From positions 396,107 to 460,106 of the forward strand of contig OZ316895.1 of the NCBI GenBank assembly GCA_973895155.1: a DNA stretch of 64,000 nt. The letters are read 5' to 3'. Below are positions 10,951-24,300 of this stretch, piece by piece. The notes beneath the pieces are model-generated. The model saw only the letters and a program-made list of their open reading frames with translations, ran no database searches and was not told the origin of the DNA. The translations under genes were made by a program, and so were the position numbers. Position 1 is the stretch's first letter. Each line of letters begins with the position of its first letter. The DNA is from Marsupella aquatica. Its lineage: Eukaryota; Plantae; Marchantiophyta.

Positions 10951-13101
10951 CTACTGTAACTATGCCTTTGGCTACCCCCGTTGTAGTCTGCTCCTCGTAG
11001 GTTTCTTCCTGTGTATCTCTTGAACTGCAACTGGCCTCTAGGACCCATTTAAAAGCTCTCAACACTTTTGGAGACACAACTCGCATTAGAGAGGAGTGGG
11101 GGTAAGGGTCCGTTGAGGGGGGGGGAGGGGGGTTTAGGGTTTAGGGCAGGGGCGCAAGAACCAAGATGATCATTGGATGATCACAACGTAGGGAGCTATC
11201 CCCAAAGTAAATTCGCTCAAGCACCCTTGGTGGCTTCACACCTCAGAAAAAGGAAAGTTGCCACTTTTAGCAAATACTAGCCCCGACTACCCTTTCTTTG
11301 AACATGAAGAGAGAAGAGTAATAGAGGAGAGTACAATAAAAGTGTCAACAAAATATATTTACTATTTCCATTGTTTGAAGGTTAATCAAATAGTAAAAAA
11401 ACCATAATGCTTGGGCCCCATCATTTAGCAATTATAAATATCATAACATACTCCTTTCTATGCACATATATTGTGGTGAGGCCCTGGCTAGAGTCACAGT
11501 AGAGAGGCTTCACTCTAGAAACCTAGACCTCTACTCTACCTTTCCTTTGCACTTTATATATAAGATTTGCTCGACTTCCTCTGTTCCGTTAGCTACTGTG
11601 TTTTCCCACATAGCGGCAGACCCTACCAGTAGTAGCCAGAATCTGACAGCTATCCTTAAATATAAGGGGATCTAATTGTCAAAATTAGTCTTGGATAATT
11701 ACACAAGGAATATTCTTACCATTGTGTGCTTCACTCAAGGTGAGAGTTTCATCACACTGGCAACTGAGAAACAACCTTTCAGAGTACCGTGCTGTATGAA
11801 CATTTGAGCAATAAAAATTGTACATTTGGGCAAGAAATAAAGGTGATGGCCATTAGACATATCACCATGTTCATCATTTGTAAATGAATTAAGATGAGAC
11901 TCTTTCTAGTAAAGATCATTTTTGCCCCCTCAACTTTACAATTGACCATTTAGGTGTAGAGTATTATGCCAGAGTGTACCTTTTGGGGTTAAAAAGTGTA
12001 TCTTTAGAAACCAAAAACTTGAACATTTAGAGGCCTAAAAGTGAACAAAATAAAATACACTTTAATGAATAGGGTGATTATAGATCACACCACCTAAAAA
12101 CCAAAGGATCCCAAAGGCAGGATACCAAGTAAAAAGGAAGAAAACAAGAGGAAAGCCCCCCAAGAAGAGCAAAAGAGCCAGAAAGATTGAGATTCCTCCT
12201 CCAAGGGCAAGAGGACTAAAGCCCTACTACAGTTTGCCCTAGTTCAAATAAGCTGGCTACCTGAACAAGACCACTAGGTGATTGTGTTTCACTCAACATC
12301 ACGTTCAGTTTACCCCTATACTTTTCTTGTTTAACCACTACGAGCCATGACAAAACCTGAATCCACCAGGTTTCATCATGAATGGTAACATTTCCCTGAA
12401 ATTGTGGAGAAAAATGGCACCATTGAGGAGAAGAACAAGTGGAATATGAAAGAGGGAGAAATCTTGGATGCTTCTCCATTTTATATGGTTAGCAGCCGTT
12501 AAAGGACTGTTGTAGTACCTCTCTCCGCCAAGCCACCATTGGTTTATTTCTGGTCTTTGGTGCCACGAGTTCATGCGTGTTGGTGTCGGCCATGGGTTAA
12601 AATCAATGCTTGGGATGGACGACAACGTTTGGCTTCACAACTCAGATGGACCAAGCATTTTTTGAAATCCAGAAAGTTAACTTTTATACCAAGGAAATGT
12701 GCTATCTAAGTAAAAACTCATGTTTCAGAGCGGTCCGTGGGAGTAGTGTTCATTCCATCTGGGCATCTTATCAGACATAGCGGTCCATGGGAGCAGGCCC
12801 CGCCACTCTACCTTATCTTTTTTCTGCCCACGTTTGCACAGAACGGCTGTTCCAGAGGAGAAGCAATTGAGAAACTTTACTGCAGTTTCTCTATGGCGTG
12901 CTCGCTATATGGTTCGGATGTAAGTGCACTGAGCCGATGTGAAATTGGAGTGCATCGTGAATTGAATTGAATTGAATTGGCCTACCTGGTCTGGCTTGGG
13001 AAGCCTCTGCTTGAGAATTCGAAGAGAGGTTTCCTAAAGGAGACGCACTAAATAAGGAGAGGAGAAGGAGAGAAGAGGAGAGGAGACGAGGAGGAGATGC
13101 A

Positions 13102-16100
13102 ATGGCGTTCATGACAGCAGCCGCGACAGTGAGTTGGGGAAGTGTTGCAGCAGCATCTCGTCATTCTGTGCAGCCCATCTGCACGCTGAAGCTGAATACC
13201 ACAGCCCGCCTCTCGTCCTCGTTCTGGGCCAGCTCCTCGAGCCTCCGCCAGCTTCCAACTTCATGCGCGCCATTCCTGCTCAAGCATGGAGGTGGATATG
13301 ATTGTGGTACGTTGCAATGTGTAATTTGAAAGAGTCTCAAGCGTCCTAACGGGTGCTTTCGAATTTTTTCCTCCAGTTGGTAAAATTTCTCCGACGATGG
13401 GGATTCTGTCTTTGGAATGCTGTTGTGCCTTAATCATGAACTCAGGCTTTTAACCTTCTCCGCTTTAGCTACCCCGCCCCCACTCCTCTTTTCGTGTAAT
13501 GAATCTCTGATTCTGGTGTTGGGTCAAAATTGCAGCACCAAATTGAATTTGTTAGAGGGTTCTTGAGCTTATTGTTGAGAGGATCGAGAATGGCATTTCC
13601 GGAGTTCATTCCCAGTCTTTAAAACAGCTTCTACAAAGCTGGGATTCAGTCTTTAGAATGTTGTCGTACGTCAGTGCTGGAATTAGGTTAGTGACGATTT
13701 TGTGAGGTTCATTGACAGAATAATCGAATTGAAAGATGGGATGTTTGCTGCAGCACTAAAATCCGTTGTATTTTGATGGACTGGAAGGTTTACACGGGCT
13801 TGAATTGCTCACATGCTATCGTCGGTATTAGTGCAGTTCTGATCTTTGTTTCAAATGTCCTGGCAGAGGAGAGAAAGTGCCGAAGGTCAAGCCGACTGTT
13901 GATTGTTGCCAGAAAGAAATCTGGTTTTGCAGAGCTTTTCTTGAACCGAAAGTGAGTAGTTATACTTTATCTCTGAAATGGCAATTTGCGGTGAGCTGTA
14001 GCTTTACTTGGATGTTTCTTGGAAATCTTGTTTTCTTCTTCTCTTATGTCACTCGGACTTGCCAATCACAGTCGTCGTGGGTAGGAGTTCTTACTAATTC
14101 TGTCTTTTTTGCACAGAAATGAGCAGCAAAACCGGCAGTCAGAAGCAGCTAGACAGCGCCCAAGGCTACAGCAAGGCAGAGTGTCCCCTCGATTACCAGT
14201 TCCTGCTAATATACCAAGACCACCATATGTGAATTCGCTTCAGGCACCAGTTTTTGTAGAGGATATTCAAGTCCAAGACGAGGAGGGAATTACTGGGATG
14301 AAAGCTGCTGGCAAACTAGCAGCACGTGTACTTAATTATGCCGGCACGCTTGTCCAGGTTACATTCTCACCGTTACGAGCAATTTCGTGCATAAAACCTT
14401 CCCACAAGAGAACTCTTGTGCTCTGCTCTCACTCACATCCATGTCATGCGACGTTTTTTCTTAGGTTAAAGCGGTACGTTTATTATTTTGTATCTTCCAA
14501 TTCTGAAAACTTACACTTTTCACAGCCAGGAATCACAACTGATGAGATAGACAAAGCGGTGCACCAAATGATTATAGATGCTGGGGCTTATCCGTCACCG
14601 CTTGGATATGGTGCCTTCCCCAAAAGCGTTTGCACCTCCGTCAACGAATGCATTTGTCATGGCATTCCGGATTCAAGAGCACTTCTGGTTTGTAGTTTGA
14701 TTTCTTGATTGACATAATTTGTTTGCACGCCTTCCATCGTTTTCTTTAGAGATTGGATTTTTTCAGCAGTTTAATTTTTATTTATGAGTTAAATCATATA
14801 CGTCAAAATTGTGCAACCTGTCTTGCATCTGATATCATTTTTACACAGCCATTTCACGCAAAATCTGACGAGGTGACTGCCCTTTGAATCCAGGATGGTG
14901 ATATAATCAATCTCGATGTTACGGTTTACTTGAATGTGAGAATTTTCAACTCTATCACCTGACTGTGACCTTTAGTGGTTGTAGCAGTTCCTCAGTTCTT
15001 CAAGGTGTTTTTCGTCACCATGTAAATCTCAAGTACAGGGTGTGAGCTGCAATCTCTCGGTTGGCTCGCAGGGATACCATGGAGACACGTCCAGAACTTT
15101 CTACTGTGGAAATGTGGACGACGAAGCCAAGCAACTTGTTGAAGTAAGTTGTCCTTGTCAATTGGTCCGTGCGTGTCGTGGATTGCCTCAAATTCTCCGT
15201 TAAGAGCTCTCACATTCTTCGTCGAACATATGTCAATGCACAAGTAATGAGAAGTGGCAAATCTCACGGCATTCTAGTGGGGACCGCATTGCTGTTGTGG
15301 TGTAATAGATCGGTTTTGTGTGTGCCCATGTGGGCTACCGGATAGAGATATACGTTACGTACACTTTCGCCATCCAACCTAACCCAGTCCACCATATGTG
15401 ATTGCGTATGGCCTTCACCCTAAAATTTTTGTATGTGTGGCTTGGTAAGCTTCATGTCACGAGGTTTGGATCGCTCTGATTCTAATTTCGTAGTTTATTT
15501 CAACGCAAAATATTTGGTGTCCTTATATGTCTCGTTTTAGTCATGGATCTGAAAAAGACGAACATCTGGAAGGTACTCTCTTCAGAGCGTCGGGGCTGTG
15601 GCATCCGTTGATGCGTGGAGTTTGTCCGAGGTTAAGAGCCCCGCCCCAAGTGGTCCCCAGTGCTTTAACTCATGTATGGCGTATATTTTTATCTCTGCAG
15701 GTCACAAGAGAAGCTCTGGAGAAGGCAATATCCATATGTGGCCCTGGAGTGGAAATTAAGAAAATTGGCAAAGTCATTAAGTATGTGACATTGTCTTGTT
15801 GGTTGACTTCTCGATACGGATCATATAAATGTGATGAGATGAATTCAACGAGTTTATAACCTGGGCCGAGAGGTCTGGGCAATCTTTTGAACATCGTGAT
15901 GAGAATAGATCATTACAATTATTGAAGGTGTATGTTAAAAGAATCTCATTTGAGATGCGTCTTGTCATGCTTTGATAGTAGACGAATGACGCATTCATAC
16001 TGTCTTGAATGCTGTAGAGAGAGTTGTACTGTCAAGTTTAGTTAGGGTGTTGGTCGGCAGTGGATTTGGCTGGTGACGCGCCTACCACTGTTTCAGAGTA

Positions 16101-17217
16101 TGGTGGCAATGATAGACCTATGCACTCAAAGATTTTCTTGTGTATTGTGGATTGCAGTGATATTGCAGACAAGTATAATTATGGCGTCGTAAGGCACTTT
16201 GTGGGTCATGGAGTTGGCAAAATCTTTCATTCGGGACCCTCAGTGCTCCACTTTCGTAAGTCTCTTTTTTGGTTCTGTGATGTCTATTGTTCTGCGGCTT
16301 GTTGTGCACAGTACATTCAGACTAGATGATATCCGTTTCAGAAACTCACTCTGAATTACCTCTGTGCTTGGTATCTTCTACTTCTACCCGCTGGCTTTCC
16401 TGGTAGCATGTGAGCTTCGTTTTTTTCAGTTTTTCTTACTTCTCGCAGTTAGGCCTTTTCTGGCAATCCACCAGCCAAAAGTTCATTTATTCTGAAAGAT
16501 ATGAAATTGAAAGAGCCATGTCAATTGAACGCCATTCAGTTAAATTATCTGCATTTCCCACTGTATTGTCCATCTGGTCCCAAATCTTTGGAAGACCCTT
16601 CTCTGCTCTAGTGTCGCTGGAACGCCCTGCGATAACCTCATTTCTTTACGCATTTTATCCAAAAACGGGAATACCTCCATTGATTGTGGACACAGTAGAA
16701 TCTCTGCACATTTGCTCTGCACACCAAATGTGCAGAGTGTAGCCATTTGTTTGGAGAGTATTCCCTGCTCTCGAATATGGTATTGAAGCTAATGTCTGCA
16801 CTTATTTAACAGGTAACAGTGAGCCCGGGCGTATGGTAGTAAATCAAACATTTACGATAGGTGAGTAAGCTCTAGCATTTCACCTAACTATGAACGAGAC
16901 TGGAGTCTTGTTAAGATATTTGGGAACAAATGAATCTGTTAGGGCTGTTTGGGTGATGTTCCCAAACGTCGTTGTTCAGCTTGTTGCTATCTCAACAGAT
17001 TTCATGCCTGAAGATTCTTGAAGTGTTTTATGTTCTGGATTTGATTGTGTTTTTTTGTTTTGGGTATGCAGAGCCCATGCTCACCATTGGTAGCATAAAA
17101 GACAAAATGTGGAGTGACAATTGGACTGTGGTAACGGAAGACGGTAGTCTGTCAGCTCAATTCGAGCATACCCTGCTCATCACTGAAACAGGAGTAGAAA
17201 TATTGACCCTAGAGTAG
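13102..17217 (+). CDS. MAP1D: Methionine aminopeptidase 1D-like, organellar (multi-exon)
   Basis: Ser/Ala-rich transit peptide. Exons 13102-13306, 13867-13951, 14117-14357, 14526-14687, 14894-14935, 15072-15143, 15701-15780, ~16158-16255, ~16813-16861, ~17073-17217. Motifs [61 protein letters not shown]. Confidence 0.93.
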
Positions 17218-18396
17218 AGCCTACGTCAACATCCAAACCTGGCAGAGAGTGTCAGAGTACTTGTCAATTATTTCAGAGTAAAAGAATTTTCTCTGTACAT
17301 GGGCGATGTTGGGGCATACCACCAAACTCGTAGAGCACTGCAGCTTGTGATTTCTGCAGATGCATGGGTGGATTGCAATGCAAGCGCTTGTATCATGAGA
17401 CCAACGTAGATTTATTGACGGTGTCTCCATGTTGTTTCGAAGATGCTGTATATACAAGGAAACCCTCAAAAGAAAATGGTTCTTATTTGGCTGGTGGACT
17501 TCAGATGTGGATTGAAGCTTGATTTACTCTACTCTATGAAATTTAAAAGGTTGTGGTTACGAAGTTCTCAATCTCGTTTGAAACTGTTACTTGATTTGTA
17601 GCCAGTTCCCAAATGAAGTGCCTGCAAACCATGATCAAGAGAAATGGTACATTATGACGATTATTTAGTGAAATTCTTGTGTTAGATCCCTTTTGAACTG
17701 CTTGTCGTGGATTAAGGAGATGAGAGTGTTTCATGCGCATCGCAGCATCAAGGAATTATGTTTGAAGGTTTATGTTTTGCAGGCTTAAACTTTCTTGACC
17801 TCTGGCTGCAATAACGCAGGCACTTTTTATAAAAGGAAAATTCGTTTCTAGGAGAAATGAAGCAGCTTGACTAAATTTTTGGTGTATGCAACTACCTCCA
17901 CGGATCAATTGGCTTGTTGAACGGGGAATGTCTCAACGGTCAGAAGCTTAAGCTGGCAAGACAGTTGCGATGACCAAAGTCAGTTTCTCCCATGCCTGCC
18001 TCGGGAACGAGACGTCTCAACTTTTGCATTGTCTAGGAAAGTTTGGAGGCTGGCCTTGTCACCATTGCACTATTTGTTGGTAAATCGCCCTTACTCAATT
18101 CCACAGGAGTTGGGAGTAAAAGTGAAAGAACATCTAGTTGTTTCTTTCTGGACCATCCCATGAGCAAGGTTGTAGAGGAGTCCTGAAAATTATGAGCCTT
18201 GCACCCGTCATCCAAGTATTTACATCTGTCGTGCTAAGTAGATTCCAAAGACCTCAATTTCATCGAACGGTCAACAAGGTGTTTGTGGCCTGTGATTGAA
18301 TTCCTGCGAGTATTATTTTGCACGAAGATCAAAGTTAGGACTTACCTTAGAGACTACCTACTATCGAAAGACCTGCAATCCGCGTGGATTTGTGGG

Positions 18397-21300
18397 TCAA
18401 TGCATCACCTCTAGTACTGGTGGGCGACCCATATTATAATTGGCGAACTTCAGCCGTTTCAGCTTAACACACCAGGCTGAGTCCAACTCAACAATTCCGT
18501 TCACCACAGTTTCGGCCAAGCTAGCAACGACCTCGTTTAAATCCTGGTCAAGGTAACCCATTTGAAGCGTCAATCTCCCATTTGTCACCCTGATGTTTGC
18601 ACTACATGAGACTTGCGCCGTTGTCTCATTTCACATGTTGCACTAAATTAGAGATATTGGTTCAAATTCTAGGAGAGGTGGTCCGAGACATCCAATTTCA
18701 GATATCTTTTTACCCAGGAAAGTTAATCATCATTGTTATTTTCCTCGTAAGCACTTATCTCCATAGGGCCTATGGAAAATTCTTAGTTGCCAACTCTGAG
18801 GTTAGAAGAGAGATTACCTGTGAAAGCTCCAATATAGACACCACCACCTGCCACAAATGGAACGTTAGACTTAGTGCAGAGTCTGAATGTAATATTTGTT
18901 CAAAATGCAATGCGCTCATCTTGGACCCAAAGGACATTTGTAAGAAGAAGTCAAATGACTGGACACCGTAATTGCAGTTTCGGAAGCTCTTCTAAAATGG
19001 CAAGTTCACAGGTACAACGCTTTGAGTTGCAGTTCTAGTAATCTGTTGCTTAAGTCTTCGCTTTGGTCCCACTGAAATAAACGCTGAGTTAACTGTGGGT
19101 GAGGACTGAAGATTTTATACATGTTTACCGGGTTTTACATAGTTTACATAGGTAATACTTTTACGAATTTTTACACATATTTTACGTTAGCTGACACAAG
19201 TGTATATATGTTCTACAATAGTTTTCTATTGTAGAACGCTGATTCTTGCTTCTCTTGGATTTGAAATGTGGACTTGAGTGGAACCAAATACGTGCGGACT
19301 TCAGCAAAGAGCTACTGTGAGAGGGCTATCAATCTCCTAAGATCACAGTTTCATATATCCTCCAGTTTACTGAGATGCCTGACATTGTCAAACCTTATTG
19401 TCAGGTGCAAGTAGCTCGTTCCTTGTGGACTCATATAATAAAAACTGGCCAAAGTTGTATAATAACTGCACACCAGATCACCTCCACAAGGATCAAGGTA
19501 TGAACATTAAACGCCAGCAAGCACCATAATTTTCCTCTATATTCTTGTCATTACAATGACTCAATCCTAGACAACGACCACTCTGCTGTTTGCTCATGAT
19601 TCAGACCTCGTAGAAAAAAAAACTTCAGATTCTTGCTTCCGAAGCAATGCGGAAATGAAGTTGAATACTGGATCAAACACAGTTTGTGTTCACTAGATTC
19701 TTATTGAGTTGGCTTTCATCTGAATGCCAATTCGACAAATGAAGTGCAAATCTGAATTCTGACACGTTCCAGCCAATGTTTTATCCCCTAAACGAATTGA
19801 CCTTCTGCTTCCAGGAACTTTGCACGCTTTCTTTTCAGGAGAAAACAGGCAAAGTGAGGGTATCATGCATCTGTCTCCCTCTTTCCTAGCGAAGGTTTTC
19901 TCTTCATCTGGAAAAGCGTAATTAACAGGGCTAATAAGCATTTACTTGAAGAATAATTTCGTAGTCTTCCCTTTTTTGAAGAAAAACGCTGATCATTTTC
20001 CGCACCTGGAGACAAAATTACAATCATTTTGCAGCATTGTCATTGTCAAATATCGTCAATCTCTGGCAATTGCAACACGGTGCAACTAAAAAGTTGCAAT
20101 ACCGTTTATACTCTCATATTGTGGACTGTCATTAATGTTTCTTTTCTGCAGAAGGGAACGAAGATTTTGGACAGATGGGAATTCGTTTCTCTTTCTCTTT
20201 TCCATTTTCTGATTTTCGTTTTTTTTTTTCTGGTCACACTCAGCCTATCGAAGAGCTCGCTACCATTTGCTCGGTAGATTCAATCATGTTCCTTGCATGA
20301 GGTTACTGGCATGACACACTCACCAATCCCGCTTCTGCAATCTTGGGGGAGGTTTTCTCGGAACATATAGCACCAACAAAAATGACAACCTTGACATGAC
20401 GATTTAGTAAGTTAGTGCATGAATAGTTTAGGTCAACGTATCTGAGAATTTTTGAGTCTCCTCTTCTCTAGTCCTCTATTACGCAAAACTTCTGTAGTTT
20501 ACTTCAAAACCTTTCGAGACTTCATGATGTTTTCGTTATGATGATTAGACCAGAGAACATTGTGGTTCAATTTATAATGCATGAATGGTCGCCAAACTGA
20601 GTGTAGATGAATTTAGTTAACCTGTTGAAGTATATTGTTCATACCTCAAGGATGATATCATCCGCCATGGTGTTGGCTTGTAAATGCTCTGAAAGAAACT
20701 GGAGAAGATTTGTCTCCCCAACAAGCTGATCAAATATACCATCTGTAGTAGTCAGGTTATTGAGAGTTCCCATCACCTCCACCTGCCCAGAAAGTACATT
20801 ACATATGCTGATTGGACCTTGAATTTGTAAAATTAGATCTAACCTTAATGACAGTTAGCAACACACCTCGGAGGGCATTTGTGGACACTATACGATCACG
20901 CTAAAGCTCAGTTGATGAAGACTTTGCTTCGCAGACAGGGGCATCTCCGTAATGATAATCGTTCATTCCTTCTCCACAATTAGCTCTCACCCAAAGAAAA
21001 ATCAAATGTCATTCCTGATAAGGATCTCCAAGCATCCACTCTACGGAGCATACAAAGCCCTTGGTGGAGAGACTGTAGTCCTGTGGGACCTCTATGTTCC
21101 CTAAAAGATAGAAGAAAGTCATCAAATTAAAGAATATGCTTGATGAGGCAATGTTCACATACCTGAAGATGAAGGTCAACATCTGGCCTAATGAGTAGGT
21201 TGACAAGAGCTCTCAGATACCTAGGTCAAATACAAGTGGTCCGATTGAATTTAAGAATGAGACGTTGTCATACTAAAAAGCTTTCTAAAGGATTCCTAAT

Positions 21301-24300
21301 TATTGCTAAAACGCTGTTATATATAAGCTCCAAGGGAAACATTTCAATGCAGAACAATGAACCCATTCGTTGTGGCATTCTGTCAAAATTGTCAGAGGAG
21401 CCGCATAATTCAAATGAAATAAGCAAAGAGAACTCGTTACAACACTAGCTTCAATTTCCTGGGATGACTGTGACAACATAAGAACTACTGACATAGGAAA
21501 ACAAATTATGCTGAGTCTAATCTAGTGGATGAGCACTCACTTGACTAACTGGGGCTTTGCTGTCTCCAGTTCGCTGAGATTCTTTATCAACTGCAGTGGA
21601 ACCCAGAACCCATGGTGCAATGAGCATTTGAAGGAAAGAATCTGCATGTTAGACAACGATTTCGAACGACACAGCCCAAAGTCCAAAACAAGCCTATGGA
21701 AGACTGCGAATAGAGAAACTAATTAGGTGATACCCTCATGACTAATATGGATAACTAATACCTTAAACAGAAGAGGATCACACAAGTTGATGGCACGAAT
21801 CACAAGCCTCTCCACGCCTTGTGCTTGACACATAATCTTCAGAAAGTGCGGCACAAAGAAGAAGGAACACCAGATGGTGTCCACACATGAAATCAGGACA
21901 TATCCATTAGAGCTGTCAGTTCTAGGAAGATGGGATTACTAAACGACTCAATCCACTGTACAATTGCAGAGGTAATTCCTACGTTTTGAAACCTTGGCAG
22001 CATGTTGATGAAGACAGATATCTACCTCACAAAGTTGAAAAAGTTTTGCAAGATTGATAGCAAGGGCCATGAGTTCTCTGGTGATAAGCTTCATGGGTTC
22101 TCCAATCATAGCCTGGCCACACAGCAGAGTCATTCATAACAAGTGCCTATTAGTACAGTGATTAGGATTAAGAAGCAAAGAGTTCGAGCTACAAGCATTT
22201 TTCAGGAACTACTTCTGGTACTTGACAGTACCTGTAGAACCATTGGAACTATTTCCGTCTGAGAGAATTGTATTCGGCTATCCACATCTGTGGAGAGGTT
22301 GTACAACAACCCAAAGACCTGAAACCGGCAAGACATATTTTAATGCTCTGTGCCAGATTTGAACTATATGTCAGTATTCTGGAACAAAGGTGCCACTGCC
22401 CGGATTCGTAGATAACACCACTCGTGCCTACTATAATTGAGACGAAATGTACTCCTTACAGAAGGCAAAATAGTAAGATGGAGTGCATGTCAACCAGGTA
22501 AAAACTCCCTGCTCACCAGTTGTTCAAATTTTTTGTTTTTCAAGAGAATTTCCAAAGCTTGAATCATTTTGCACTTGATCTGCAACAGAATTCAGAAACA
22601 TAAGACAGGTATCACCGGAATAATAGGTCTGGTTTACAAGGATCCTCATGCAAAGACTCGACCAACGTGCACATTATGTCCAACCTTACTGTGTGGCTGG
22701 TGAAAAGAGAATGCACGAATGTTATGCTTCATGTCCTTGGTACAAGAATGATTTCTGCCAGATTTTGTAAGAGGATGACTTACCATGTCTACCCTTAGCC
22801 CAGGATCAAAAGACAGATTCCACAGCAGCCTCAGTACAGCCAGTAGCAGTGACTGCGGAAGAAAATGACCTGATTTAAAAAATCTATCGTACAGAGAATT
22901 TCTACACATTCCAAACTGACAGTGATTCCTTTCCACCTAACAGCATGGAAAAATGTACTCGTACTATTAAACTTGATTCTTGACTTGCCAAATATCTATG
23001 TTGAGCACAAAGACCTTGCCTAACCTCGTGTTGGCATGGTATTAATACCGACAGCCTGTAGATGATGCCATTTTCCTTCATCACATCTGTATTCTCCTTA
23101 AAAATGCTTAGCTTTTTCAAGAATGTCACAGTTCTGGAGGGACATGCAAACGCAAAAGGATGTAGCGAGGAATGTTCCAAAAGGCTCAGAGCCACTGACA
23201 GTTTAGAAAGTGACAAGGCACACAAGTTAAATGAGCGAGGAGTAAAAGCAGCAAAAGAAATTCCAAGTTTGTCGTTGCTTACATTATCAGAAGTGTAATG
23301 CTCTTTCTGATGAGAATTTTACAAAGGTATTCCTGAAGAGAAATAGCGAAATAACATGAGACCTTCCAAAAGAGTATTATAGCTCTCAATAGTGTGGCAA
23401 TGACAGGAAATCGTGAAGAAAGTGTAAACCCTCGCAATTTCAAACTGATTTATAATACTCACCACAACGTTACATTTCTTCATTCTCTTTTCAACGCTGA
23501 GATCTTCTGCAATGTTCAACAGCAAGCTGACTGACATGTACAACAGCCTATCCTGCCAGAAGGGTTCAAGTTTTCTATACTTAGATGTACACCAAAATCA
23601 ACAAAGCAGACATTACAGTAGGAAAAGTAACGAGTTACCAAATTGGCACAAGAGCGGGGAAGCATGTTTCCTTGCGCGATAGACGTCTGTTTTCTCCAAC
23701 AACTAGACTGTAGAAGCTATCCCTTAGATTGTAGGGAGATCACCTGCTTCGTGTTATGGAACATCAGTTTGACCTCTGATGCACACGTGCCCGCCCAGGA
23801 GTTGGCTGAACAGATGCCTGTGCCTGCTGCCTCGTCAAGCTGTGGAGAGACCAAGTGATGCGTGTTTCACATCATGTCATACGACATGTACCCAAAAGCC
23901 AAGGCCAAAGAGCTGAACTGTGGAAGGCATCAAATACAGAATTTTGAAAATGGAGTAATCGCTGTATATAAACGACGAGGCTACCACGAAATTGTAAACC
24001 TTTGAGAATATCATCAATTTTGAAGTCACAAATAGAGTCATGCCCTCTCCTAAAAGTTCTCAGTTCACTGTCTTTTTCAGAATTCATCCGTGTTGCTTTC
24101 TTCGTGACGAACCTGAATTCTTGTCTCCATGCATTGCACTTCCAAAATAAGAATGTTGAGGGTGGCTTTACCAATCTTTTGGTCTAGCAAAATCTGGAAA
24201 TAATGTACAACCACTGATTCAAACAAAAGTGCATATAAATCAAGCGTAGGTTTAATCCATATCACAGAGTACCAGTAAAACTCTAAAGTTGCACGTGAAA

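Noticed and set aside
11116-11152. G-run plus (TTTAGGG)2 as an interstitial telomere
   Set aside because: Only two units; common as telo-box or repair filler and not diagnostic.
12090-12680. Minus-strand ORFs 12216-12479 and 12338-12625 as a gene
   Set aside because: No recognisable domain or splice structure; possibly a decayed retroelement end but unsupported.
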